Of a stretch of 64,000 bases of DNA, positions 39,781 to 48,837 are shown in pieces (within the stretch, counting starts at the first letter, position 1; the number at the start of each line of letters is the position of its first letter). Source of the DNA: an uncultured Gammaproteobacteria bacterium (lineage in GTDB: Bacteria; Patescibacteriota; Patescibacteriia; Magasanikbacterales; GWA2-37-8). The notes beneath the pieces were generated by a model, which was not told where the DNA came from, searched no databases, and was given only the letters and a program-made list of their open reading frames with translations. The stretch spans positions 64,445-128,444 of the forward strand of contig CAYHBZ010000001.1 in assembly GCA_964355175.1 (NCBI GenBank), written 5' to 3'. Both the position numbers and the translations under genes were made by a program.

Positions 39781-40542
39781 ATGCGTTATTACTCCTTCAA
39801 AAAAATCTATCTCAAAATAGTGATCTTATTTTTTTTATTGATCGCTTTTCATTATTTTGGTTGGCTCAACCCAATAGAAAATAGACTGAGGAATTTTTTC
39901 TTGTGGGCTATCCATCCGGTAAATAAACAATCTTTTCAAAATAACGACGCGAGCGAAACTCTCACCGCCGCGCTGGCACTGACCGATCTTTTGAACGCGA
40001 AAAATAAAATTTTGGAAAAAGAAAATTTTGATCTGCGTTTGGAATTAAATTTTAAAGCCAAAAATAAATTTAATTTGCTGGGCGCGGAAGTAGTCGCAAA
40101 AAATATCCAAGCTATTGAACAAGTAGTGATTTTAAACCGCGGTCTGAAAGACGGTGTGAAACTAGACCAACCGGTAATTTACGGCGACGGCGTCCTGATT
40201 GGAAAAATAATTAAAGTGGAGGATAATATTTCTTTTGCCCGACTGCTCAATGATAATCAAAGTAAAATCGCGGCCACAGTCACCAACTCCGGCCATAGCC
40301 TCGGGGTAGTGGAAGGCGGCTATGGACTAAGCATAAAAATGAATTTTATTCCCCGCAACGAAAATGTGGCGATAGGGGACCAAATAATAACTTCCGGCAT
40401 TGAGCTGTCCATTCCGGCCGGACTCGTAATTGGCAAAGTGGCAGCAATTGAAAATGAATCATATCAACCTTTCCAACAAGCGGTAATTACTCCGGTGGTG
40501 GAATATCAAAAGGTGAATATCGTCAGCATCATCACGAATTAA
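39781..40542 (+). CDS. mreC: rod-shape-determining protein MreC
   Basis: N-terminal TM plus coiled coil, C-terminal beta domains; position after mreB. Confidence 0.75.
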   Translation: MRYYSFKKIYLKIVILFFLLIAFHYFGWLNPIENRLRNFFLWAIHPVNKQSFQNNDASETLTAALALTDLLNAKNKILEKENFDLRLELNFKAKNKFNLLGAEVVAKNIQAIEQVVILNRGLKDGVKLDQPVIYGDGVLIGKIIKVEDNISFARLLNDNQSKIAATVTNSGHSLGVVEGGYGLSIKMNFIPRNENVAIGDQIITSGIELSIPAGLVIGKVAAIENESYQPFQQAVITPVVEYQKVNIVSIITN

Positions 40543-40544
40543 TT

Positions 40545-41087
40545 ATGATTAAAAATAAAATCATAAAAAATATACTATTTTTTCTATTGGCTAATTTTTT
40601 AATTTTTTTAAACCTTTCTTGGCATATTATCGCAAATCCGGCGCTAAATCTTATAAACATTAACTTGGCGGTACTGCTCTGGGCAATTATTTCTAATCCC
40701 CGCGGAAATTATTGGCCATATATTTTATATGTGGCTTTTGTAAATGAACTCTTTGAAAAAACTTCTTTTGGTATTACGGCTTTACCTTTGATAGCCACTT
40801 TACTATTTGTGCACTGGCTATTGCTAAACATCTTTACCAACCGCTCCCTGGTTACCGTGTTTCTAAGCGGCTTTTGCGCGCTAGTATTATATCGACTGCT
40901 TTTTATTGGTTCAAATTTTTTATTTTATTCCTACCCCGATCAAACTCTCACCAACGGCACACAACTTAAACTACTTTTGGTAGAAGCAATTCTCACTGCC
41001 AGCGTATTGGCTTTTGGCTATTTGATCTCGGCCTTTTTTATCAAACGACTCCATCCGGAATATATTAATCGCGGCCATATCTTATGA
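40545..41087 (+). CDS. MreD-like polytopic membrane protein
   Basis: 5-TM protein between mreC and PBP2 (synteny); no diagnostic motif. Confidence 0.4.
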   Translation: MIKNKIIKNILFFLLANFLIFLNLSWHIIANPALNLININLAVLLWAIISNPRGNYWPYILYVAFVNELFEKTSFGITALPLIATLLFVHWLLLNIFTNRSLVTVFLSGFCALVLYRLLFIGSNFLFYSYPDQTLTNGTQLKLLLVEAILTASVLAFGYLISAFFIKRLHPEYINRGHIL

Positions 41088-43066
41088 GTAAAGATTTTTT
41101 TGAAATTCAAGATTTGAGCGAAAACTTTCAAAACCTGAATGGTAAATTTAGCCATGGCTGGATAGAAGATAATTTTCATTTGGATAAAGAAACTGGCCGC
41201 CACAACAATACTACCAGTGGCACTCGCAAATATCTGGGCAAAAGCATCTCCAATAAGTATCTATTTTGGTTTGGCATAATTTTAATTATTGGAATTTCCA
41301 CAATATTTCTAAAAAGTTTTTATACCCAAGTTATTCGCGGGAATTATTTTTATACTCTGGCTGAAAATAATCGCGTGCGTATCCGTCCTATTCCGGCTGA
41401 GCGCGGTATTATTTTTGATCGCTATGGCAAACAGCTGGTACAAAATGTGCCGGATTTTTCTCTGTCTATCATTCCGCAAGATTTACCGGCTGATCAAAAT
41501 AAACGTCAGGAGATTATTCGACGCTTGGCCGATATCTCCGGATTGACTACCGACTATATTCAAAATTTATTACAAAAATATAAAAATTATAGCTATGACT
41601 CTTTGGTCCTAAAAGAAAATTTGGACTATGACACTTCTTTAAAAATTTATATTGAGAGCGCGCAGATGCCGGGCGTATTGATTAGCGGTGGTAATAAGCG
41701 TTTTTATATTTATTCTCAGGACGACACCTCGCCAAGCTCTACTGTGAGTTTGTCGCATGTAATGGGATATCTGTCCAAATTAAACGACTCAGAATTGGAT
41801 GAAAAACGATCTCAAGGATATTTACTCTCGGATAACATCGGCAAAACCGGTGTAGAAAAAAGTTATGAGACTGAACTACGCGGAATTTATGGACGCAAAA
41901 AAATTGAAGTAAACGCCGCCGGACAAGAACAAAATATCGTGGCTGAAGAACCGCCTACACCCGGTAAAAATCTCTACCTGACTATCGATGCCGAGGCACA
42001 AAATAAAATGGAAAATTTAATAAAAACTTTTGTGGCCAATCATGGACCGCACCGTATCTCCGCCATCGCTATGGATCCGCGCAACGGAGAAATAATAGCC
42101 ATGGTGAGCTGGCCAAGTTTTAATAATAACTTATTTTCCGGCGGAATTTCACAAGAAAATTATAATAAATACCTGGCCGATACCAATCATCCGCTTTTCA
42201 ATCGCGCGATTGGCGGCAACACTCCTTCTGGCTCTATCGTAAAACCGGTAATGGCCGCGGCGGCTTTGGAAGAAAAAATTATAGATGCTCGCACCACGGT
42301 TTTTAGCAATGGCGGCATCCATGTAGGGAAGTGGTATTTCAAAGATTGGAAAGCGGGTGGACACGGAACTACTAATGTTACTTGGGCTTTGGCTTGGTCC
42401 GTAAATACTTTCTTTTATCATATCGGTGGCGGTTTCCAAAATTTCAAAGGTTTGGGGCTAGATAAAATACTAGAGTACATGCACAAATTTAATCTTGGCG
42501 CTAAAACCGGAATTGATCTACCCGGAGAAACTACCGGATTTCTTCCAAGCAGAGAATGGAAAGAAAAAACTCGTGGCGAACAATGGTATGTAGGTGATAC
42601 TTATAACTTGTCTATCGGCCAAGGTGATTTATTGGTCACACCGCTTCAAGCCTCGATTTGGACATCAGCGGTAGCTAATAACGGCACTATCGTGCGCCCA
42701 CATGTGGCTATGCAAATTTCCGGCACTGATAAAAATATTCAAAAACTGGATTTCCCGCCGACAAAAACTAATATTGTATCTGGAGAAACTTTATCGGTAG
42801 TGCGCCAAGGTATGCGCGACTGTGTGCTAGTAGGTAGTTGTAAACTTTTACAAACATTGCCATTTACTTCCGCCGGAAAAACCGGTACGGCGCAATGGAG
42901 CAGTAAAGAGCCCGAGCATGCCTGGTTTACCGCTTTTGCTCCTTATGAGAATCCTCAAATTCAGGTGACGGTGCTAATCGAAGCGGGCGGACAAGGCTCT
43001 ACTGTGAGTATGCCTATTGCCCGCGACTTTTTGAGCTGGTGGGGAAAAAAATATTTGACACACTAA
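41084..43066 (+). CDS. mrdA: penicillin-binding protein 2 (class B transpeptidase)
   Basis: N-terminal TM; PBP dimerisation region; SxxK (SIVK), SxN-like and KTG (AGKTGTA) motifs. Confidence 0.8.
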   Translation: MSKDFFEIQDLSENFQNLNGKFSHGWIEDNFHLDKETGRHNNTTSGTRKYLGKSISNKYLFWFGIILIIGISTIFLKSFYTQVIRGNYFYTLAENNRVRIRPIPAERGIIFDRYGKQLVQNVPDFSLSIIPQDLPADQNKRQEIIRRLADISGLTTDYIQNLLQKYKNYSYDSLVLKENLDYDTSLKIYIESAQMPGVLISGGNKRFYIYSQDDTSPSSTVSLSHVMGYLSKLNDSELDEKRSQGYLLSDNIGKTGVEKSYETELRGIYGRKKIEVNAAGQEQNIVAEEPPTPGKNLYLTIDAEAQNKMENLIKTFVANHGPHRISAIAMDPRNGEIIAMVSWPSFNNNLFSGGISQENYNKYLADTNHPLFNRAIGGNTPSGSIVKPVMAAAALEEKIIDARTTVFSNGGIHVGKWYFKDWKAGGHGTTNVTWALAWSVNTFFYHIGGGFQNFKGLGLDKILEYMHKFNLGAKTGIDLPGETTGFLPSREWKEKTRGEQWYVGDTYNLSIGQGDLLVTPLQASIWTSAVANNGTIVRPHVAMQISGTDKNIQKLDFPPTKTNIVSGETLSVVRQGMRDCVLVGSCKLLQTLPFTSAGKTGTAQWSSKEPEHAWFTAFAPYENPQIQVTVLIEAGGQGSTVSMPIARDFLSWWGKKYLTH

Positions 43067-43130
43067 AAAACCTCTGTTATTATATTAGCAAGAAACTCTT
43101 TGCGAGTTTATTTTATTTCTATTTTGACCT

Positions 43131-43595
43131 ATGGACAACAATATCCAGTACCTAACGAAAGAAAGCTTACAAAACCTAAAGACCGAACTGGAAACTTTAC
43201 GCAATAAAACCATTCCGGATATCGCTCGCCGTATCGATGAAGCCAAGCAACAAGGCGATCTCTCGGAAAATGCCGAATATCACCAGGCTAGAGAAGATAT
43301 GAGCTGGACACAGGGCCGAGTACAAGAGCTAGATCAGCTGATCCAGAATGCCCAAATCATCGAAAAAAGTGTAGACCATGACACCGTGAGCATTGGATCT
43401 ACAGTGACTGTAAAAATAAATGGAAAAACCAAGGACTATACTATTGTTGGTCCACAAGAAATTGATCCGTCCAAAGGCTATATCTCCAACGAATCTCCGC
43501 TAGGACAAGCCTTTCTCAAACATAAAGTAAAAGACAAAATAGAAGTAATTACCCCGGCTGGAAAAAATGTTTACGAAATAATTTTGATAAAATAA
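43131..43595 (+). CDS. greA: transcription elongation factor GreA (paralogue 2)
   Basis: GDLSENAEYHQAREDM acidic finger; C-terminal FKBP-like domain. Confidence 0.8.
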   Translation: MDNNIQYLTKESLQNLKTELETLRNKTIPDIARRIDEAKQQGDLSENAEYHQAREDMSWTQGRVQELDQLIQNAQIIEKSVDHDTVSIGSTVTVKINGKTKDYTIVGPQEIDPSKGYISNESPLGQAFLKHKVKDKIEVITPAGKNVYEIILIK

Positions 43596-43602
43596 ATTAA
43601 AT

Positions 43603-43637
43603 AAAAAATCCTCCGATTGAGTCGGAGGATTTTTTAT
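43603..43637. terminator. bidirectional rho-independent terminator between convergent genes
   Basis: aaaaaatcctccgac-ttga-gtcggaggatttttt. Confidence 0.75.
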
Positions 43638-43644
43638 TTAATTT

Positions 43645-44511
43645 TTAATCACAGCTTTTACGACTGGAGTCATCGAGATTTCTTGGGAGAATCAAGGTTC
43701 TCATATTTAGCTTCAAAGATTCAATACAAATTTTCGGACTATTTTTATATTCAGCATTAAAAATTGGCTTGTTTTGCTTGGTAAATACGGACAGCTGATC
43801 ACATTCATGATACACATGACATTGTTCGTTTACCGTGAGATCAAAATAATCAACCAAATCTCCGGCCAACTCAACAGCATTTTTGAGCGCTACCGTAAGA
43901 CCACGCTTGTGTGCCTCCTGCGAAATTTGACGATTAAAATTTAATTGATCAGCTTTAGTTAAAGCAAAACCTGTTTTGTTGGAATACCCATCTACATTAT
44001 CTGGTTCCACACCATCACAACCTTTAGCGACCGCCAGATCAAGACGGGAGATGTTCACATCCATCACATTTTTTGCGCGGATGTCCAGCCATTTTTCACC
44101 ATTCCAACCATCGAGAGGTTTGCCAAGTGAATTGGAGTTGAACTTTTGATAATCAGGTCGCCATTTTTCAGCTGATCCGGCGGAAAAATAACATAAAACT
44201 TTTTTACCGGACGCTTTGAGGCTAGAGATAATCTCGGGAGAAGTGTCAAAAAGGTCAATATCATAAACGTCAACCGGATAACTTTGATTAATATTTCCAG
44301 TTAGTTGCCATTGCCAGGTGGTGGTAACGATTGGGCGGTACCAATTTCCCTGAATCGGTGCGGAGACCGGCTGGGCGAGAGAGGTGGACATTGCAGGCTT
44401 GGCAGCTGTTTTTTTTGCCGTTTTTTTGGCCTTAGCGGCCAAAGTCATGGTCGGTATGACCAAAAAAGCTATAATTACTAGGAAAACAGCTCTTTTTGCG
44501 TAGTTTTTCAT
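43645..44511 (-). CDS. secreted glycoside hydrolase family 114-like (PelA-type endo-alpha-1,4-polygalactosaminidase fold)
   Basis: signal peptide plus Lys/Ala-rich linker; TIM-barrel motifs VYDIDLFD, LCYFSAGS, GCDGVEPDNVDGY typical of GH114/TM1410-like proteins. Confidence 0.5.
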   Translation of the reverse strand: MKNYAKRAVFLVIIAFLVIPTMTLAAKAKKTAKKTAAKPAMSTSLAQPVSAPIQGNWYRPIVTTTWQWQLTGNINQSYPVDVYDIDLFDTSPEIISSLKASGKKVLCYFSAGSAEKWRPDYQKFNSNSLGKPLDGWNGEKWLDIRAKNVMDVNISRLDLAVAKGCDGVEPDNVDGYSNKTGFALTKADQLNFNRQISQEAHKRGLTVALKNAVELAGDLVDYFDLTVNEQCHVYHECDQLSVFTKQNKPIFNAEYKNSPKICIESLKLNMRTLILPRNLDDSSRKSCD

Positions 44512-44590
44512 TGATTAAAATGCTTAAGATTAGATTAATTCATTTAGCATACCATAATTTTGACTTTTTATCCAAAAACAGTTATAATCA

Positions 44591-46108
44591 TTGGGAATTA
44601 TAATAATTTTTATGATCGAAGAAATCGAAGAATACCAGACCCGTTTGGGGCGTTTAAATACCCTAAAAGAAGCGGGGATAGATGCCTACCCAGCCCAGAG
44701 TGAAAAAGGGGCTAATTTAGCTGATGCCAAAAATTTACCGGTTGATTCCGCCGTGACATCTTCAGGCCGCCTGGTCGCTATGCGCGATATGGGCAAACTT
44801 TGTTTCGCTCACTTGAAAGACGCTTCCGGAAAAATGCAATTGGCGGTATCCGAAAAAGAACTCGGTAAAGACAGATATAAATTTTTTGTAAAAAACTTTG
44901 ACCTCGGGGATTTTATTTGGGTTTCCGGAAATATTTTTGTTACTCATGCTGGTGAAACTTCTATTTTGGTAAAAGATTTTAAAATTCTTTCCAAAGCACT
45001 TTTGCCATTGCCAGAAAAATTCCACGGCCTAACTGATATTGAGATCCGTTATCGCAAACGCTATTTGGATCTGCTTGGCAACGAACAATCTATGGAGATT
45101 GCCAAGATGCGTTCCAATGTGGTGCGTGAATTGCGCAATTATTTTGATGCCAAAGGTTTTTATGAAGTAGAAACTCCAGTACTGCAAACTTTATATGGCG
45201 GTGCCTTGGCCAAACCATTTGAAACTCACCATAATGCTTTGGATATTCCATTGTATTTGCGTATTGCTCCGGAACTTTATTTGAAAAGATTAATTGTTGG
45301 TGGTTTTGAAAAAGTTTACGAAATTGCAAAATGTTTCCGTAACGAGGGAATAGATAATAATCACAATCCTGAATTTACTCAAATTGAATTCTATTGGGCT
45401 TACGCTGATTACACCATGCTCATGGATATGGTAGAAGATTATTTGCCACGCCTTATTAAAGCTGCCGGCAAAGAATTGAAATTAAATATCGCGGGACAAG
45501 AAGTAGATTTTACTGGTCCATACCCACGCGTATCAATGCGTGATTTGATCAAACAATACGCCAAGATTGACATTGAAGATTATCCAACTGATGAGGCAAT
45601 GTATAAAAAAGCAATTGAATTGAAGGTGGAAGATACCAAACCAGGTACTGGACGCGGCAAATTGATTGATGAAATTTATAAAGTTTACGCTCGACCATAT
45701 ATCGTCAATCCAATTTTCATGATTGATCACCCAGTAGAGCTTTCACCTTTGGCCAAAAAGAAAGTCGGTGACCCGCGCTATGTAGAGCGTTTCCAATTAC
45801 TCTGTGTTGGTGGTAATGAACTCTGTAATGCTTTTTCTGAGCTCAACGATCCGCTCGATCAAGAAGAAAGATTCAAAGAACAAACTCGTTTGGAAGCGGC
45901 AGGGGATGACGAGAGTATGCCATACGACGAAGACTTTGTGACCGCCCTCAAACACGGCATGCCACCAACTGGCGGTCTTGGCATGGGCATTGATCGCTTG
46001 ATAAAATTACTAGCGGACGCTGATAATCTAAAAGAAGTAATTTTGTTCCCAACAATGAGACCAGAAGGTGGAAAAGAAAAAGCAGAACCAGAAAAACCAA
46101 AAAAATAA
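44591..46108 (+). CDS. lysS: lysyl-tRNA synthetase, class II
   Basis: OB anticodon-binding N-domain; class II motifs (FRNEG, GGLGMGIDRL). Confidence 0.9.
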   Translation: MGIIIIFMIEEIEEYQTRLGRLNTLKEAGIDAYPAQSEKGANLADAKNLPVDSAVTSSGRLVAMRDMGKLCFAHLKDASGKMQLAVSEKELGKDRYKFFVKNFDLGDFIWVSGNIFVTHAGETSILVKDFKILSKALLPLPEKFHGLTDIEIRYRKRYLDLLGNEQSMEIAKMRSNVVRELRNYFDAKGFYEVETPVLQTLYGGALAKPFETHHNALDIPLYLRIAPELYLKRLIVGGFEKVYEIAKCFRNEGIDNNHNPEFTQIEFYWAYADYTMLMDMVEDYLPRLIKAAGKELKLNIAGQEVDFTGPYPRVSMRDLIKQYAKIDIEDYPTDEAMYKKAIELKVEDTKPGTGRGKLIDEIYKVYARPYIVNPIFMIDHPVELSPLAKKKVGDPRYVERFQLLCVGGNELCNAFSELNDPLDQEERFKEQTRLEAAGDDESMPYDEDFVTALKHGMPPTGGLGMGIDRLIKLLADADNLKEVILFPTMRPEGGKEKAEPEKPKK

Positions 46109-46109
46109 T

Positions 46110-46505
46110 ATGTCCAAGGTAATGGTCTTTGGAACATTTGATATTTTACATCCTGGTCATTTGTTTCTACTAAACGAAGCCAAGAAGATGGGGAATAGCC
46201 TCACGGTTGTAATAGCTCGCGATAAGACAGTAACGGCAGTAAAAAATATCACGACCCAAAATGATGAACAAACTAGACTAAAAAATCTCACTGATCTAAA
46301 TATCGCCGACAAAGTCATTCTAGGAAATCCTGGCGATAAATATCAGGTAGTGAGAGATGAATCGCCAGATGTAATTGCGCTAGGGTATGACCAAACCGCT
46401 TTTACCGCTGATTTAGAAAAAGTTTTTCCTACTATCAAGATCGTACGATTAAAACCTTACAAAGAAGATATTTATAAAAGTTCAAAATTTAGAAACATAA
46501 AATAA
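46110..46505 (+). CDS. cytidylyltransferase-like nucleotidyltransferase (HxGH family; RibL/FMN adenylyltransferase- or PPAT-like)
   Basis: VFGTFDILHPGH = (T/H)xGH motif; start moved to ATG 46110 just after the lysS stop. Confidence 0.5.
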   Translation: MSKVMVFGTFDILHPGHLFLLNEAKKMGNSLTVVIARDKTVTAVKNITTQNDEQTRLKNLTDLNIADKVILGNPGDKYQVVRDESPDVIALGYDQTAFTADLEKVFPTIKIVRLKPYKEDIYKSSKFRNIK

Positions 46506-46506
46506 T

Positions 46507-46565
46507 GTCATTCCGAGTGCAACGAGGAATCTTTACCAAGATCCCTCACATTCGTTCGGGATGAC
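46507..46565. repeat. palindromic intergenic repeat, copy F (GTCATTCCGAGTGCAACGAGGAATC...CGTTCGGGATGAC)
   Basis: inverted repeat directly after the 46110-46505 stop; its last ATGAC supplies the ATG used by the ORF-track start 46561. Confidence 0.8.
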
Positions 46566-46578
46566 AAATAAAAAACAC

Positions 46579-47595
46579 ATGCAAAAGATATTGATCGCTA
46601 CTACTAACGAAGGAAAGTTTCACGAAATCGTGAATATCTTTAGCGACCTACAATTTACTTTTGTAAGTCTCAAGCAAGTTGGACTAGATAAATATGATGT
46701 AGAAGAGCCATATAATACGACTTGGGAAAATGCTTTGGCCAAAGCCAAATTTTATGCCAAAAAAAGCCGCCTACTTACATTGAGCGAAGACAGTGGTTTC
46801 TATGTGGACGCTCTGGAAGGCGCCCCGGGAATAAAAGCCAAACGCTATGGCCGTGATGGTAAAGAAAGAAATAATAAAATATTAGCAGCTTTAAAAAGCG
46901 TACCGAGCGACAAACGCACCGCTCACTTTGAACTTAGTGCTTGTCTATATAATCCAAAAAATAATTCTTTTAGTATCTTTAGCGGGGAAGCCAAGGGATC
47001 AATTAGCACCAAGGAGATCGGCGACTCCCATAAAGGACTCGGATACGACAGTATATTTTATTATCCACCGCTCAATAAAAATTTTTCCGAACTTTCCGTA
47101 GCGGAAAAAAATACGGTTAGCCACCGCGGTCAGGCACTTTTGAAAGTAAAACATTTTCTAGAAAAACAATTTCACTTTAGACAACTGGTCGTACCGGCCG
47201 CAATAATTGTGAAAGATAGAAAAATGTTTTTTCAAAAACGCCGTGACTCTAGAAAAGAATTTTCTAAATGGGAATTCCCTGGCGGGGGAGTGGAAGACGG
47301 TGAAGATTTGATCGGCTGTCTAAAAAGAGAGGTAAGAGATGAAACCGGATTTAATGTAGAGCCACTGGAATTACTTTCACCGATAATGAATCGGGTAGAA
47401 AAAAAATACAACTATCAAGTTTTTCTCCCAGTATATATTTGCAAAATAAAATCAGGGAAAATAAAAGTGGCGCACAACGAAGTGGCCGATCATGGCTGGT
47501 TCACTATCAAAGAAGCGTTAAAACTAAAATTCCTTCCGCTCAATAAAGAAATAATCAAAGCCAACCTAGCCATCTTAAAAAAATACTCAGACTAA
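46579..47595 (+). CDS. fusion: Ham1/RdgB-type non-canonical NTP pyrophosphatase + C-terminal Nudix hydrolase
   Basis: N-terminal MQKILIATTNEGKFHE...(Ham1); C-terminal Nudix box GGGVEDGEDLIGCLKREVRDETG; start moved to 46579 so the repeat is not translated. Confidence 0.7.
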   Translation: MQKILIATTNEGKFHEIVNIFSDLQFTFVSLKQVGLDKYDVEEPYNTTWENALAKAKFYAKKSRLLTLSEDSGFYVDALEGAPGIKAKRYGRDGKERNNKILAALKSVPSDKRTAHFELSACLYNPKNNSFSIFSGEAKGSISTKEIGDSHKGLGYDSIFYYPPLNKNFSELSVAEKNTVSHRGQALLKVKHFLEKQFHFRQLVVPAAIIVKDRKMFFQKRRDSRKEFSKWEFPGGGVEDGEDLIGCLKREVRDETGFNVEPLELLSPIMNRVEKKYNYQVFLPVYICKIKSGKIKVAHNEVADHGWFTIKEALKLKFLPLNKEIIKANLAILKKYSD

Positions 47596-47596
47596 T

Positions 47597-48832
47597 ATGC
47601 TCGATATAAAATTTATTCGTGAAAATCTAGAACTGGTCAAACAAAATTGTACCAACCGTAGAGCGAAAGTGGATTTTGATAAATTGCTTGAACTAGACGA
47701 ACAGCGTCGTGGTGCCCTCAAACAAATAGACGACCTACGCGCATCTCGCAATCAAGGCTCCAAAGGCAAACCAACTCCGGAAGAAATTACCAAGATGCGT
47801 GAAGTGGGTGAGAGAATAAAAGAAGCTGAATCCAGCCTCACCGCCGTAGAAACTGAATATAAAGATCTACTGATGCGCGTGCCAAATATGACACACGCTG
47901 ATACACCAGTTGGCGGCGAAGAAGATTTCAAAACAGTATATCAGAGTCCAAAGGAAATGAAATTTGATTTCACTCCAAAAGATCATGAAGAATTATTACT
48001 TGCCAGCGACCTAATAGATTTTGAACGCGGCGCCAAAGTGGCTGGAGCAAAATTCTATTTTACCAAAAATAATTTAGTCCGATTAAACCAGGCGCTGATA
48101 AACTACGGCATGGATGTAGTGACCAAGCACGGTTTCACCTTGCTAGAAACTCCAGATCTGGCCAAAAACGAAATTCTTACCGGCATTGGTTTCAATCCAC
48201 GCGGAGCTGAAACACAAGTTTACTCAGTAGAGGGGACAGACCTTAGTTTGATCGGTACGGCCGAAATCACTGTGGGAGGATATCATGCCAACGAAGTATT
48301 GGACCTCTCCACTGGGCCAAAAAAATATGTCGCTCTATCACACTGTTTCCGTACTGAAGCTGGTGCCTACGGTCGCACCAATAAAGGTTTGTACCGAGTA
48401 CACCAGTTCACAAAATTAGAAATGTTCGTATATTGCAAACCAGAAGATAGCGAAAAACAACATCAGGAAATTTTAGAGATTGAAAAAGAAATTTGTGAAG
48501 GTCTAAAATTAAACTACCGCGTAATCGACATCGCTTCGGGCGATCTCGGCGGTCCGGCTTATCGCAAATACGATCTGGAAGCTTATATGACGATGAACAG
48601 CGGCTTTGGAGAGATTACTAGCTGTAGCAACTGTACCGACTATCAATCACGCCGATTAAATATCAAATACAAAAAGGAAGATGGTAATACCGAGCTGGTG
48701 CACACGCTCAATGGTACGGCCATGGTGCTGAGCCGTTTCCCGATTGCAATTGTAGAACAATATCAACAAGCCGATGGATCCATCCTCGTGCCGGAAGTAC
48801 TGCAACCTTATTGCGGGCTGAAAAAATTATAA
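47597..48832 (+). CDS. serS: seryl-tRNA synthetase
   Basis: N-terminal coiled-coil arm; class II motifs (FRTEAG, GLYRVHQF, GSGLA-like). Confidence 0.9.
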   Translation: MLDIKFIRENLELVKQNCTNRRAKVDFDKLLELDEQRRGALKQIDDLRASRNQGSKGKPTPEEITKMREVGERIKEAESSLTAVETEYKDLLMRVPNMTHADTPVGGEEDFKTVYQSPKEMKFDFTPKDHEELLLASDLIDFERGAKVAGAKFYFTKNNLVRLNQALINYGMDVVTKHGFTLLETPDLAKNEILTGIGFNPRGAETQVYSVEGTDLSLIGTAEITVGGYHANEVLDLSTGPKKYVALSHCFRTEAGAYGRTNKGLYRVHQFTKLEMFVYCKPEDSEKQHQEILEIEKEICEGLKLNYRVIDIASGDLGGPAYRKYDLEAYMTMNSGFGEITSCSNCTDYQSRRLNIKYKKEDGNTELVHTLNGTAMVLSRFPIAIVEQYQQADGSILVPEVLQPYCGLKKL

Positions 48833-48837
48833 ATATT

